Of a DNA stretch of 64,000 nt, positions 33,229 to 46,100 are shown one piece after another. Numbering within the stretch: position 1 is the stretch's first letter; the number at the start of each line of letters is the position of its first letter. A program made the position numbers and the translations under genes. The DNA lies in the NCBI GenBank assembly GCA_030704615.1, contig CM060733.1:38998001-39062000 (forward strand). Reading direction: 5' to 3'. The stretch comes from Takakia lepidozioides (lineage: Eukaryota > Plantae > Bryophyta). Under the pieces are notes generated by a model that was not told where the DNA came from, searched no databases, and worked only from the letters and a program-made list of their open reading frames with translations.

Positions 33229-35424
33229 ATGTCCGTGGCTTATCAATGTTGGGAAATTGGAGGTGGCCCGACTGTTGGTTACAAGATTGCTGGAACACAG
33301 GGCCATCAGTACGGGAGCGATGGATCGACGTACCGACGGCAGCATCCGCATGAATCTGTTGGTTGCAGCCTCTCTTCCTTTTCAAAGTACATGCAACAGA
33401 CACCGGGCGACCCTAAAGCTTGCCTTTCTCATCAGAAAGATTCTGCCATCAGGTTTTCTTCCTCACAGTCCCATGGGAGTGCTTCGCACTCGTTGTGTCT
33501 CAACTCCACTGGCTCACACGGGGATGTTGCAGCACTCCACCCTGTTAAGCAACCACTGAGCAACGTGAACGCAGTTCTCCCAGAATCGCAGACGTGCGAT
33601 TCTCCACAATCGTTAGCCAAGGAGTCAGTAGCGTCTGCTGGAGTCGAAGTGGATGCCAGAGTAGGTTTGCTATCAGAGGGATTGGGTGGCTTGATTAGAT
33701 CAGATGAAAGACGGAGTCCTATGGATATTCGGATGCTCGCGGGTAGTGGACCTACAAGACTAAACATCCCAGAGTTTTACAGTACCGTGGAGCCTAGCAA
33801 CGACACTCGCACAGAGCCAAGGCCCAGGCTGCCTGAGGTAATCTCCGTCGAAGCACGCCTCACAAAAGATGTGAAGAAGTTTGTTCGGCAAGATTCACTT
33901 CAAGACCAATGCGTGCGACCAATGGAATGCGCCGAACCAAACTCTTCATCGTCGTCCTCATCAATCTGTGATGGTAGGGAGGACAGTTCTTGTACATCTG
34001 ACGGTGCCTCGGGCGAAATGGAGGCGCAGTCAGCTTATCGCGGGCCACTGGATCAGATGAGCTCCCTTGGCAGCTCGCTTCCTATTAAGTACGTTGAAAT
34101 CCATGATCCATTCTTTGAAACTTGCAGCCACTGCCGTTGAATGTAGACTCTGTAACGGCCCTGCTTGATGATGAGTACAAACATCATCTTGGAAGCATTT
34201 CCTGAGATCTTTCAGCCACTCCACACACAGCGTTCTGTTTTCTTTGTCGTCCATATTCGTGTGCTGTGGGGGAACCTCTAGGGAAGTGCCTTCAAAGCAA
34301 GGCTTGTCCGTCCCTTTTTCCTTGTACTGGTCTTTGATCCTATGTAGGTGCACCTCAGCGTTTACACACTAGAGGTTCAAAGTATCTGCTTTGAACATAG
34401 AGGCTTGTGCCACAGCTGGGGAGGGACTCTAGCCTTTCCAAGATGATAGCGTTCCTCAACTTAATCGACCTTTGACTCCTCATGCGAAAAAGCAGAGAGT
34501 TGATCTGAGATCAAATACGTTAGTCTGGATGAACACCGCGCGTGGTTCTTTCTTCACGCCACATGCTGGGCCCTGCCATATCGGCCTTCTTGTAACATGT
34601 TGCAGTTTACAGGAAGACTCACAGCGTATTACCTGTGAAGGGTCGCTAGAAGATGCCGCGGCTGAATGTCTCTCCTGTACTCTTTAGGCACATGGAGTGT
34701 AGGCAATCTTGTTTAGGTGAGAAGTTGCAGGCTTGGGTCAGTGTTTGTGTTTCTTCTATAAGGTCTTCTGAGAAATTCTGATCATCAATGCTTCATATAT
34801 GCCTCTTTCATCGGCCTGTATCTCTTTCCAACGCTTCTGTTTGAAGCCTCGGGCAGAAATATTCATGATTTCTTGCTTATGACAACGTTTTGAGCGTTGC
34901 CATTGTACAGGGTTGGCAATGATTGATGGCTCATCAGATACTGTTGTGTCAGTGTTGTAGAATATCAAGTTCAGTTTTGGACCCCCTCTTATCATGGTGT
35001 CCTTTTGTTGACATGGTGCAGGAAACCAGGCCTCTCAAAGTTCTTTGGAGGCAAGTCTCGATCTTTCTCTTCGCTGGCAGATGTCTCAAGTGTCTCAGAC
35101 CTTGCAAAGCCGGACAACCCTTATGCCAAGAGGCGGAGAATGGGCTTTAACTGTCCCCTCGATCGGCATCGAGCATACCCTCCTCTTTCACGGTCATCTG
35201 TGGCTAGCATTTCCAAGAGACCTTCCAACAACAGAAGCACTCTTGCAGTTGCAGTCAAGTTAGGGGGCCTTAATGAGGGGGAGAAGGACTATGCAGCGGC
35301 CCTTCCTGGCTCCTTGATGAGTGGTTCAAAGAGATCAATACCCCCACGTTCTTTCTCTCTCACGGATCTGCCAGTAGTAGGTTGCCAATCTTCTGCTTTG
35401 GGGCTTGCAGTAGGTCATCCTTAA
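33229..35424 (+). CDS. OXS3-family (oxidative stress 3-like) protein, 2 coding exons
   Basis: Exons 33229-34088 and 35022-35424 (GT-AG). They join to EAQSAYRGPLDQMSSLGSSLPIKKPGLSKFFGGKSRSFSSLADV..DLAKPDNPYAKRRR, the signature of the OXS3 family. TATA-like TTATAA at ~32591. Confidence 0.85.
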
Positions 35425-36877
35425 TGCAGGTGTGAATGTGTAGTTTCCTGTTTTGAGTGAGCAGGTCACGAAGCTTGCAGCTGCTTTTACCTTGCAGTGG
35501 GCTGAAACGAACATGGCTGGTGGAGTTCTTACTTCTGGGCCGGGTGCTGGCTTCCTTCTCCTTGACCGTCATGCCATGAAGAGGGGGGTGCCAGATACAC
35601 AGATGGTTTGTGTTGTCGCTACTGGTAGCTCAGTGTTCGAGCTGGGCAATGAGTGGCAAGAGACTGCTCTAAAAGGATGTGTGCACACTTGAGGAAATTG
35701 TTGGAAAGATGGTTGATTGCTGTGGGGCCAAGAGGGGGGGCACTTGCCCAGGCTCCTCGAATTGGCCCGAAAAGATTCTCTGGAGGTGCTCACACACATT
35801 TGAGGCAGAGAAGTGTTTGCAAGTTGCTGTGCAAAGCAGGCCAATGACATGAAGACCGGTCATTCGGAGTGCTCTTATGGAGTGATTGAGTGTTTAAATC
35901 TGCTAGTTATACGTGCCCCTTACCCCTGCACCACCCTCGCCCCCCCCCCCCCCCCCCCTTTTTCTGTGCACCTAGTGATTAGATAGGATACAGCTGAGTA
36001 GCGACACATACCAATACTGAAGTTTTATCTCTGTTAGGGGTGTTGTTGCCCTAGAGATAAGGTTGAGATCAGCAGGTTTGGAGGACCTATTGGGGCTTTT
36101 ATGAAAGACTACTGCTTTAAGGAGCATCGAGGTGGGCGCCCGATCTACATAGAGAGCGTTTATACACATTGAGTTTGTTTTGAAAGAAGTGGGACGTCTG
36201 TGCAGATTAGTTGATCGCCAACGGTTGGGAAGGGTGGACATTTCTGCCTGGCTTGGCAACACAGTTAGTGACTTTTAAAGTTGATGTCAAATTTGTAACA
36301 TACATTGGCAATTTGTGTGGGATGTCTGCGTTAATGAAATGGGACAAGTTTCTACCATGAGGGTATGTCATTGTCCGGTAATTCTGTGCATTACCAGCTG
36401 TTATGTTTCGTTTCTTTGAATTCAGTGGTTACTAGGACTTTATTCCCAAGGACTGCAGTGAAGCTGTAATCCAGTAAAGCAGTAAAGAATGTCCTTGTGA
36501 GTCTTTCGACTTTGGTTCATTTGTTGCAGGAGACTAAACTGATGCAGTGTGTAAACAAGTGACTTCATCATGTCTCCCAAGAGCTGTGGGCTTCAGTGTC
36601 CTCGTACAACTTGGCAGCAAGATAAACTCGAACCACAGGATTGGTGACCTCATAAGGTGAATCAGAATGTATTTGTAACACGAAAGTGAAATGTTAGGTC
36701 ATTGTGACCCCTGTGCAAATGTTGCCTCTAGTACCATATTGATCACAGAACACATGTACTGGAAACAAGTAACGGATTCCGATTAGACGTTACAATTGGC
36801 ACACTCATAATTCTTGTGGCTCCGACCTCACTGATGAAGACTTGTCAAAAGAATTAAGATTTGAGGATTTGTATCAA

Positions 36878-38652
36878 TTAAACTATGACACAAGACTCAT
36901 AGGTGGGCACCATGTACTTGATGTTAATAAAAGCGTCGTCACCACCATGCTGCTCAAACACTTCCAATGCTTGTTGCACAAGGTCCCCGGTACACGACTT
37001 CTTCTGCTGGGCATAGTCAATGTTGTCACCAATGTTAGAAACATCATTCTTGAAAATGTTGAGAATCGGCAGGAGTTGGCGGTAGTATGGCACCAAGGAC
37101 TCTCCTATCATCTCTTCTGACTGCACCAACTTCATCAAAAGCTACATGATTCCAATTACAAACATCTCATCAGTTCCAAGTCATCCATGGTCAATGTTGG
37201 ACTGATATATAGGTGGACCGGTATATATATTGGTATATGCACTGGTATTAGAGTCCAGACCACTCTGGTATCATTTGGGAGAATACTTGGTCATATACCA
37301 GACCAGGCTGGTATCAGTTTTTTTAATACCAGCCACAATACCCCGCCATCTTCCTCATTTACTCTGGTATGTGTACTATACTAAATGATGTGTACATTAC
37401 ATATGCCCCCATTCTGTTCCGCCTTGGTGCCCAAGAACTCCCAAGCCCTTGCCTTTCTAGCTCATTGGGACTGTAAAAGCTACAGCTAGCATTGCGCTAT
37501 TCTATGTGATAGTGAGCTGCAGTCAGCATAAGTACACAACACGCTACTGGTAAATCTTACCGTACCAAACTAAAAGTTGCGCATGTGATTTGAGCTTAGG
37601 ACAATCTATGCTGATTCATGTATACTGGTGGCCTTTCAAGTTTTCCAGGTTTACCATGAGAGTAATGTTGATGACGGAAGGATCACGCGTGTTGAGAGCT
37701 GTTTTAATTGGGACAATCAATTGGGGTATGACAGGCAAAATCTTACCCTCCCCAGCCTGCAAGGTACCACGAAAAGACGTGTACTGATTATATGGAGCCC
37801 AATCTGTCTGTGTTTTTCGAATATCGTACCCTATGACAGCCTTTATGTTTTGGAGAGCTGTTTCCCCCATCATATTTCGATACCTGCCTATTATATATTC
37901 TGGATTGAATGTGCGTTAATCTCAAGCAAATTCTTACGGAAATATGGAGATTGAATCATCTGAGCTCATCTATTCATTGTTAGAGAAACGCTAACGTCCC
38001 TCCACGAGAAGGGGGCATAACCTATTCCATAATCTCTTATTAGAAATCAAGACCACAGTGCACTTAACTTAGCATATCTCAAAGCAGCACAAAGGGATTA
38101 ATAGATTGACAAAGGGAGGAAAAGGGATCGAGCCTTAAGGAGGTCTTCAACGCCCTTCACCGCAAGAAATCGATACGGTTCTTCCTTCTCACGAATCCCA
38201 TCAAAGAAGAGAGGCAAATAGTAGTGATAATCCACCTTGGATACTTCCACCTTCCAGTTGATGCAATTTTTGGATCCACTGTGTTCGATTGCCAACGGCA
38301 GATCTCCTCTCTCATAGTATTTTCTAAACTGGAAGTTATACCAGTGTTGGTGAGATGGATTGCAGAGGCATAAACCAGTGAGGTGCTTCAACTACGATTT
38401 ACCTTCCAATGTACTACTGCCCAATTTCAGAGATGATTTGTTTCAAATTAGTGCAGATAGTTAAACGTTCATAGCTTCGACAAAGTTAACCTCACTTGAG
38501 AGTTTGGGGGATTGTCTCGTTTCTTGAAAGCCCCAGCTTCAGGTGGATGTGCCTTTTTGGACTTCTGGCAAGGAGGCATCTCTCCGGCCTTAATCTTCTC
38601 CCCATCTCCTTTTCTGGTGAAGTCTCTAGGAAGCTTCCGTGGAACTCGATGC
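36878..38652 (-). CDS. PACRG: Parkin co-regulated protein (axonemal inner junction); 5' exon(s) not located
   Basis: Exons 38652-38496, 38328-38134, 37756-37655 and 37141-36878: [86 protein letters not shown]. Confidence 0.95.
37185..37405. mobile_element. Dispersed MITE-like repeat (ATACCAG/CTGGTAT motifs) in a PACRG intron
   Basis: 37290-37400 is the reverse complement of ~50985-51110. Confidence 0.7.
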
Positions 38653-41600
38653 CTGCAAGCACATTGCCATACCAAGCAAGTCTCATCACTGGAGATAGCC
38701 GATGCCAACTGTCTGTGTGACAACCCCTAGCCAACTTCGGCCATATTTTGGGGCAAAGCTACCATTCAGGTTTTTAAAGTTTCAGCAGCCCCTTTACAGC
38801 TGTATTGACCTTTACAGTTGTAGTGTTCCGTAAACTATAGATACTCCGTAAAGCATCATACGCTCGTAGTGAAAATCCCATTGTCAAGGAAAAATACCAA
38901 TATTCGACAAATTTCCACAACAGGAGAGAGATGCTGCTGCCAAATTTGCTTCTCGCAAACCTCCCGATGCTATCAAGTCAGTCTAAATAGTTGACAAGCT
39001 TCCTATTGCATGGGCCTGGCAACTAGACTAACCGACGCTTTGAATAAGCTTTGGTTCAGGTACGGTCCTACATGTGCCAGAAAGTAACACTGCTGGCCTA
39101 GTTACTACCTTGTGAACGCAATAACGGTCGCATCGTACTTCTGTGCCTGACTATCGTCAAGAATGCAGCACTATGGATTCTTTCTCAATGCTCCAGGAGG
39201 TCCCTAAAAATACAAAGGCAATTTTTGGCAAGGTCTTTACGCGACGAAAATGAAGAGAAACTAAGAAAGCTTTAAAGGAGAAAAAGGTGAAGGAATGGTA
39301 AGAAAGAGACATAGAGTGGATAGGTACCTAAAGTCACCACATGGTGTCCAATAAGGCAATTCCTTCTCTGGCAGCGCACACCGAACATGACTACCTGCTT
39401 TTCTTTTTTCCTGAGAATTGTACCACATTCCTCAGCGTAAGTGCCTGAGCAAAACTGAAGTCCTTTCTGAGTGTGGGCCACATCAGACATGCCATTCGAT
39501 ATTTCGTGGCTACTCGTCAATCTGAGTTCTGCCCCGACTTCATGGAGTGTTTACGAATCGAAAGTTCAAAAACTGTAACTGTGTATTTCAAACTTAATTC
39601 TTTTGGTACTTGGCTGAAATCCTGGAGTAGTTTGTGACCTCTCATGACAAGTTTCTCTCTCGGTCACACATACACCACCTGTGATGCCTTCTGGCAATTT
39701 TGAGATGTAATCATTTTAAAGCACTCTCTAAACGCATGGTTCTCCTGCTGCATGCAGCTAGGTATAAAAGTTTGGAACTCATTTCCCTTGGACATCAAAT
39801 GGAAATAGGGAGGAGAATATTACAGAAACAGGGAGTGTCTGTTCAAAGCATGATAGCGACTGGGGGGTTTTCCTTAGTGTTGGCTTCCCTTTGATTTTAC
39901 TTTCGCAATACTCAAATGTCATCAACGACCCGGCAATATCTGTCAACGCCATCTTGCTTGCCCTTCCACCTCCCTAGCTGTACAGCTCACGTGTTGCTTT
40001 TTAGATCAATGAAAAAGTACACAAGACCAAACGCGTAACGGTAGGGGAAACACGATGCTTGCAAACTACACTCAGAAATGCGATGTTTCATACCATTACA
40101 ACGTGATGTGCAAGCAATATGGCATGAAATGAGACTGTCCACCATAAACGACAACAATACCAAACAACAATGGACACTGTCTGATTCAAGGAATGATTAA
40201 ATAACCACAAAGCACTAATTCATATATTAAGTAGCCATCAGAGCAGACTTAGTTGTACAAGCTTTATATGTTTCAAAATATTCTCTCCAAACATTTGGGA
40301 TGTATCAGAACGAGACAACGCAGACCGGTTTGAGAGCTAGGTCTCAGTAGCAAACTAGCTTCGACCACCATGCAGATAATATTCCAGTAGTAAGACAACT
40401 GGCACCTTTCCTATCCACCTCATTAATTTTGGTGTGTTTCGTAAGCACTGGACACTACACACATCATCTTTTGACAGGACAAAGAATCAAGCATGAAAAG
40501 GGACGTACTCAACAGCAGTAGGGAGGAGTGCGTGCAATGGAAGCCTGTGACAGACACTCTAGTACATGAATGACTCTCGGTCTTTAACACATTACCAGCA
40601 ATGAAAAGCTTTACTTGAAAGGTGATCCTTATTCCTCCTCCACTGTTCCCAACGTCGAAGCCATATTTGGGATAGATAGGTCTGGAAGGTCACATTGAGA
40701 CCTGAAAAATACACCCGAATAGGAGTACAAAGTACAAACGAAAAACGGGATGTAAGTTTTCACCTCCACTAGAACAGGGTTGGAGATGGCTCATTTTGTC
40801 TTTGCTAAAGTAAGAGCTTATTCCTGACCAATTTGAAAATGGAGACGCTCTTCTGTGCAGGTGTTCCCCAGCAGTAGCTAGTACCAAGCTAATGATTTCA
40901 ATTCTTTTTCTCCATCCCTCGACGGCTGCCTCCCTCATCAGAAACAGGGATTACCAAACCTCAACATGCAAAGCAATAGACAAGGACGCCAGATCCCTCT
41001 CCTCACCCCCAATATATCCCCTTAACATCCTCCCACCTTTTGCCCTCCACTCCAGGTGCATTTGTGCACCCCGCAACAAGGACTTCTGGAATACCTGTCT
41101 TCTGGAAACCAGGGCATCCTGAGCGCTTCAGTTGATCGATAGTGTGAACGAGAAAGCGCAGAACGTTCGAGGTATGTGTAGTGATTTTGTAATTCTGTAA
41201 TAAAATTTCAAACCCTGCAAAGCTTCAATCCGGGCAATCTGAAATAGCTGAGGGCAAGCTCGAAATTGCTTGTTTCAGAGTTTAGAAAATTATTCCCGTG
41301 GACGCCGAGGGAGATAGAGAAGACAAGCTTACTCTATTTGTTTTGAGTGAACAGCAAATTCTGCTGTTCACCTACACGAGAGGAACTCGAATTGGCGGAA
41401 TGCAAAGAAAACGCAGGAAGAAGAGGAGGAGATCTGGTAAGATGGTTGAGGACGGAGTACGATACTTGAAAAGTTGTAGATATGAGTGTACGTCGTTAAT
41501 GAATCAGGCCAGAAGAAGGTCAATGCCCTTCATCCTCTTACCACATCTCAACTCTCGAACAGATTTTCATGAACTGATCAAGCGCACGAGAAAGACATCT

Positions 41601-43161
41601 GAACCAAGAAATAAAAATGGACAGTTGACAAGGAGTCTCAAAATTCTGGAAGCAACAAGAACATTCAATGTTATGTGTGTCACTTCGCCAATTCTTAAAT
41701 TCTTCGCAACGATCTGCCAAAAATTCAGTCCCTAGGTCGTACACTCATTAGAGATTGCGCGTGCCGAGTATTGTGGCCACAAAGCAACCGATGGAGACGG
41801 AGGGAAAGAGCGAAGGAGAGGAGTTTGGATCTCAGAACAAGCATCCATCACTCTGGTAGTCTTTCATTTAGTGGCAAGCATCTGCAGAGTTTCAGCCAGT
41901 GCTATCGGGAACCAGAGAATATGCAAGAGAGAGGGGTTGAGGGAGAGGAGAGGGGGAAGAAAGGAGTGTTCGGATGACTCTGGCGGTTACAACGCAGGCA
42001 GCGGGGGTCATTTGGACATGAAAACGGTCCACAAAACACTCCCCAAGAAAGCGCATCGTTTTCGTAAACCAGAAACGCCATTTGCACACCGACCACAACA
42101 ACTCTGGTCCTCTTGGAGCGACGTGACCCTTGAGCTTTGCCCTAACTTATCGCCCGTGCTTTGCCCAACCCCTCTCTCTCTCTCTCTCTCTTAAAAGCAC
42201 CATTCTAAAGCACCATTTCATTTCATTTCTCTCTCTTCTTGCAACCTCTACCCACTCTACCTCTTCCGTTTCCCCACTGTGTCCATTTAAGAATTCAATT
42301 CCAAGTCTAGTGATACATTTGCAACTATTGCGACTATCCAATCATGCAACATCATCTTTACTCAATTCAGCAAGAAGGTGTCATATACAACAGTGAATTA
42401 TCCCACGGTTACACGTGGCAATCCGTGTAGGCGTGTGGCATGGTTATCCCGCACTTGGCCATGTCAGCGGCCATGTCACCTGTGAGAAATGCATACTGGC
42501 CTTCTTCACGGAGTCATTTTGAAGCCATGTGGTGCCACAAGGGGGGGAATCCAACTCGTCTGTTCTTATGTTTATGTGGTATGTGAAATAGGGCTTTTCT
42601 CATACCAAGGCGTGTGGAAAAAGGTGTTGGAAAACCCGCATTCTCCTCTAGTGTGAATTCAGCGGGGTTGTATATATGAATTTCATCGTTTTCTAGTTTC
42701 ATAGTTTGGTTGTATAAAAATGTCCTGTCGTGATTGTTGTAACAACAAATGAACGAGAATTTATTGCTATTGGTGAATGTGGACCAATTTGGATTTGAGG
42801 CAATAATGTTTGTCTCATTGAGACACAATATGTGAAATGCTTGAAGGTTGCGATCAGAATGTATATCTTTGTAATGTTGCTATAAAGTTCAAGTGTTTAA
42901 TGAGTGTGTATAATTCAGAAAGAACGTCGTAATTGTTTTATAATGGATATTGTTAAAATGTATTTTATATGAAAGTTTTTTGGTTCAATGTGGATTCAAT
43001 AAAAATAAATGTTCTTTTTTACGGATTGTACACAAAGTTATATTTGTTATAGCTTTGGGATCAAAAGCTAATCTATCAAGTGTTAGCCCTTGTGCTCGAT
43101 GCATTGTTTGAGCCGCTGCAACTTGAATGGGGAATTGTATACAAGTAATAATGTGTTGAGA

Positions 43162-46100
43162 TTTTTTATTTTATTTTAAAAAAAAATTAACAAGGGAATT
43201 GTAGCCCTGAAAATTTATTAATGAGGTAAGGAAAAAATAACCTTCCATAGGCCATGAAGGCAGAGAAGAGAGGTACCACTCCAAACCAACAGATCCAAGA
43301 GATAAGGGAGAAGAGGTGGAGTTGACTATTGAAGATGTTACAGGCTTCAAAACACTTCCCTAAAGAAGGCTAGAAAGTCAGGAGAGGGCTCCAAAGCTTG
43401 GAGCGGCAGAGCCAAAGCAAACTAGTGCTAGCCTGCAAAAATAAATAATGAAGCAGCCTAAGCCTTAAAGCTGAAGGAAGATCTGCATAAAGATAAGCAG
43501 AAAATGTGGCATAAAACCTCACTAATGCTAAGATTACGAGCTCCCCCGTTTCCTCTTGGGAGCTTCAAAGGACAATTGAGCCTTGGATTTCCCTTTCCGG
43601 AGAGAACTTCTCTTATGTCTCCAATTGATCTCTGAATCCTCCACATCCACCGGTGAGATCTTATTGGCGACGGGGCTGCTAGCAGGAAGGCAAGTCTTCA
43701 TACCACACAATTCGAGATTCGTCAATTCTCCTGCAGAAGAACCCACCCTTGCCCCAAGAGTTGTCGAAGGCATTGAGGAGTTGAATCCTTCGCCTATTTC
43801 CACATTTTTCAATTGCTGCCACAAGAGTAAGCCAAAACTTCCGCGCTTCAGACTTCAAGTCTGAGTGAGCTAGGAATAAAACCTTCTGCAAACATGGAAC
43901 TACATTCTGAAAAACAACAGAACATCTGAACTTCCAAATATGCCAAAGAGCAATGCCTCTTAGAGATTCCCAGAAAGGGCAGGAACAAAACACTTTCTCA
44001 TCCTTTATGTTGAGAAGAAGGGCAGATGTAGAATAGTTAAGATTCCTGTTCCAGAAGGAATAAAGAGTGGGTAACATGGCTCCATACCGCCACGGCGAAA
44101 GGGCAAGTGATGAGACAATGCTCCAGAGTCTCAGGAGAATTCTGATTACAAGTAAGACAAGGAGAGGGTGGGTCAGAGAGGTTGCTTCCTACAGGAAGGA
44201 TCCTGTTAGCAACCCTCCAAAGAAAGAAAGAGATTTTTGCATATCTGTGTTTCTTCCAAGTATCCTTCCAAACCAGATGCCACGGGATGGAGTTCCCCAA
44301 CAAATGATTCCATTTCTTTGACCGTTTCCTATCAAACATTTGTTTAGGCACAATAGAGACTATCCCATCTTAACTGTGTATGAAAAAAAATGATCGTGTG
44401 TTTTGGTCATCCATAACCACTTGCCGGGATCGAATTGAAGAAATCTGACCGGGGCAGTGAGGAACCAGACAAGGGAATTGTCATAATGCTGCAAGTCCAA
44501 TAGGAGGGGAAGGGTTCGATTTACCAGTAATGGTGTAGAACACTATGATATCGTACCATTCTTTAGAGATGGAAGCTGGCATACTTGGGGGCCGGTTAGG
44601 AAGCCAGAATCATGCACTTTGAAGGTGATACCATCAAAGGATTCTTCGTTCAAGGCTGTAACATACACAGCTTTAGGACCAGACTCCGAGGGAACCCCCA
44701 ACCATTTGGGAAGCGCAAACTGCTGACGGTTAGCAAGAAGGTGGGTCCATCTTTGAGGGAGGTTGCCCATGACCGTGTGCCATCCAGAGTTCACTCGTCT
44801 GGAGGAGAAACCAGCAGCTGCGATCTCTGGAGAAATAGCAGCACCTGCTTTTATATCCCAAAAATGCAAAAGGTGATACAGACCTGCTTGCTCCCAATAT
44901 GACCACCTTTTAGAACAAGGGATTAAGGCTTCCGAATCACGATTGTAGTTGCCAAAAAGCGGTTGCCTTATGACCTCATCAAAGGTGGAAGGCATCAATT
45001 GAACCAAGAACCCTCTCAGCTTGCACATGCAGCCCACATGGTCTGCCAAGCTTTTCACCCATCACCTGGATTAATATTGGAGCTTCCACCATGCATCATC
45101 CGCTTCAGAGAGGCAAGCCACAAAGCGCTTGATTTGGGAATTGCCGCAGCCAAATGGTGCCTGACTAATCTACTCCAAGGACTCTGCAGGTGGGTGAAAA
45201 CCCTAGGCACCCATTTTGCTAGCAAAGCAATAACCTGGGATTGAGGGTCCAGCACCCCAAGGCCCCCATGCTTCATTTTTTGAGTGATTTGCGCCCAGCT
45301 CACAAGAGCTCTTTTATTTGTGGAGATGGAAGTAGCTCCCCAAATGAAGTTATGCACCAGTGATTTAATCTTCTTGATGATCAGAGCTCCAGGTGACCAA
45401 ACAGATGAAGTGAACCAAGAAGAGGCAAGGATGACCTGATTGTCAACAAGAGCTTTGCCCCAAATAGTCAAGTGAAGAGAGCTCCAATAAGCAGGTTGTC
45501 TTTTGATCTTAGAGAGTACCGAGGCAAAGCGGCACTCATCTGTTAGGCCATGACCAATCTGATGCCCTAAACATTCGTGCTTCTGCCCATCAGCCAACCA
45601 TTTAAGCCCTAGCTCCTCTCCCCAAGGATCACAGTGAGAAGACAAAGACCCCGCTGGAAGGATACTAAGCAGCCCTACAGATTTCTCCCAGTTAATCCTT
45701 AAGCCTGAAGCCATACAGAATCAATCCAAGGAGAGCAGAATTGACATTAGCAGTCGAGTTGTTGTCAATATACAGCGTAGTGTCATCAGCATACAGGGAG
45801 GATCTAATGGAAGAGGAGGGGTCTATGGAGGGAGAGTGGGGGATTTTCAAGCCTAAAGAATCATTTCTCTTATCCATCAGGTGACCCAAGCCACAGCAGC
45901 AATAAGGAACAGGAATGGAGCTAAGGGACAGCCTTGCATGACAGATTTAAAAAGAGGAAAAGCTTTGGACAGGGCTCCATTAACCATCACTCTACTAGAA
46001 GCCGAGGAAAGAAGAATTCCAATCCATGACAGGAAATCGCCGCCGATTCCAGTGGCTTCCAATGCACCCAACAAATATTTCCAGTTGATATTATCAAAAG

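Noticed and set aside
41298-42396. ORFs upstream of PACRG
   Set aside because: No recognisable motifs and low-complexity purine or CT tracts; probably non-coding or UTR.
42641-42653. Possible CACTA or Helitron end (TTCTCCTCTAGTG)
   Set aside because: No partner end, clear hairpin or coding remnant to support it.
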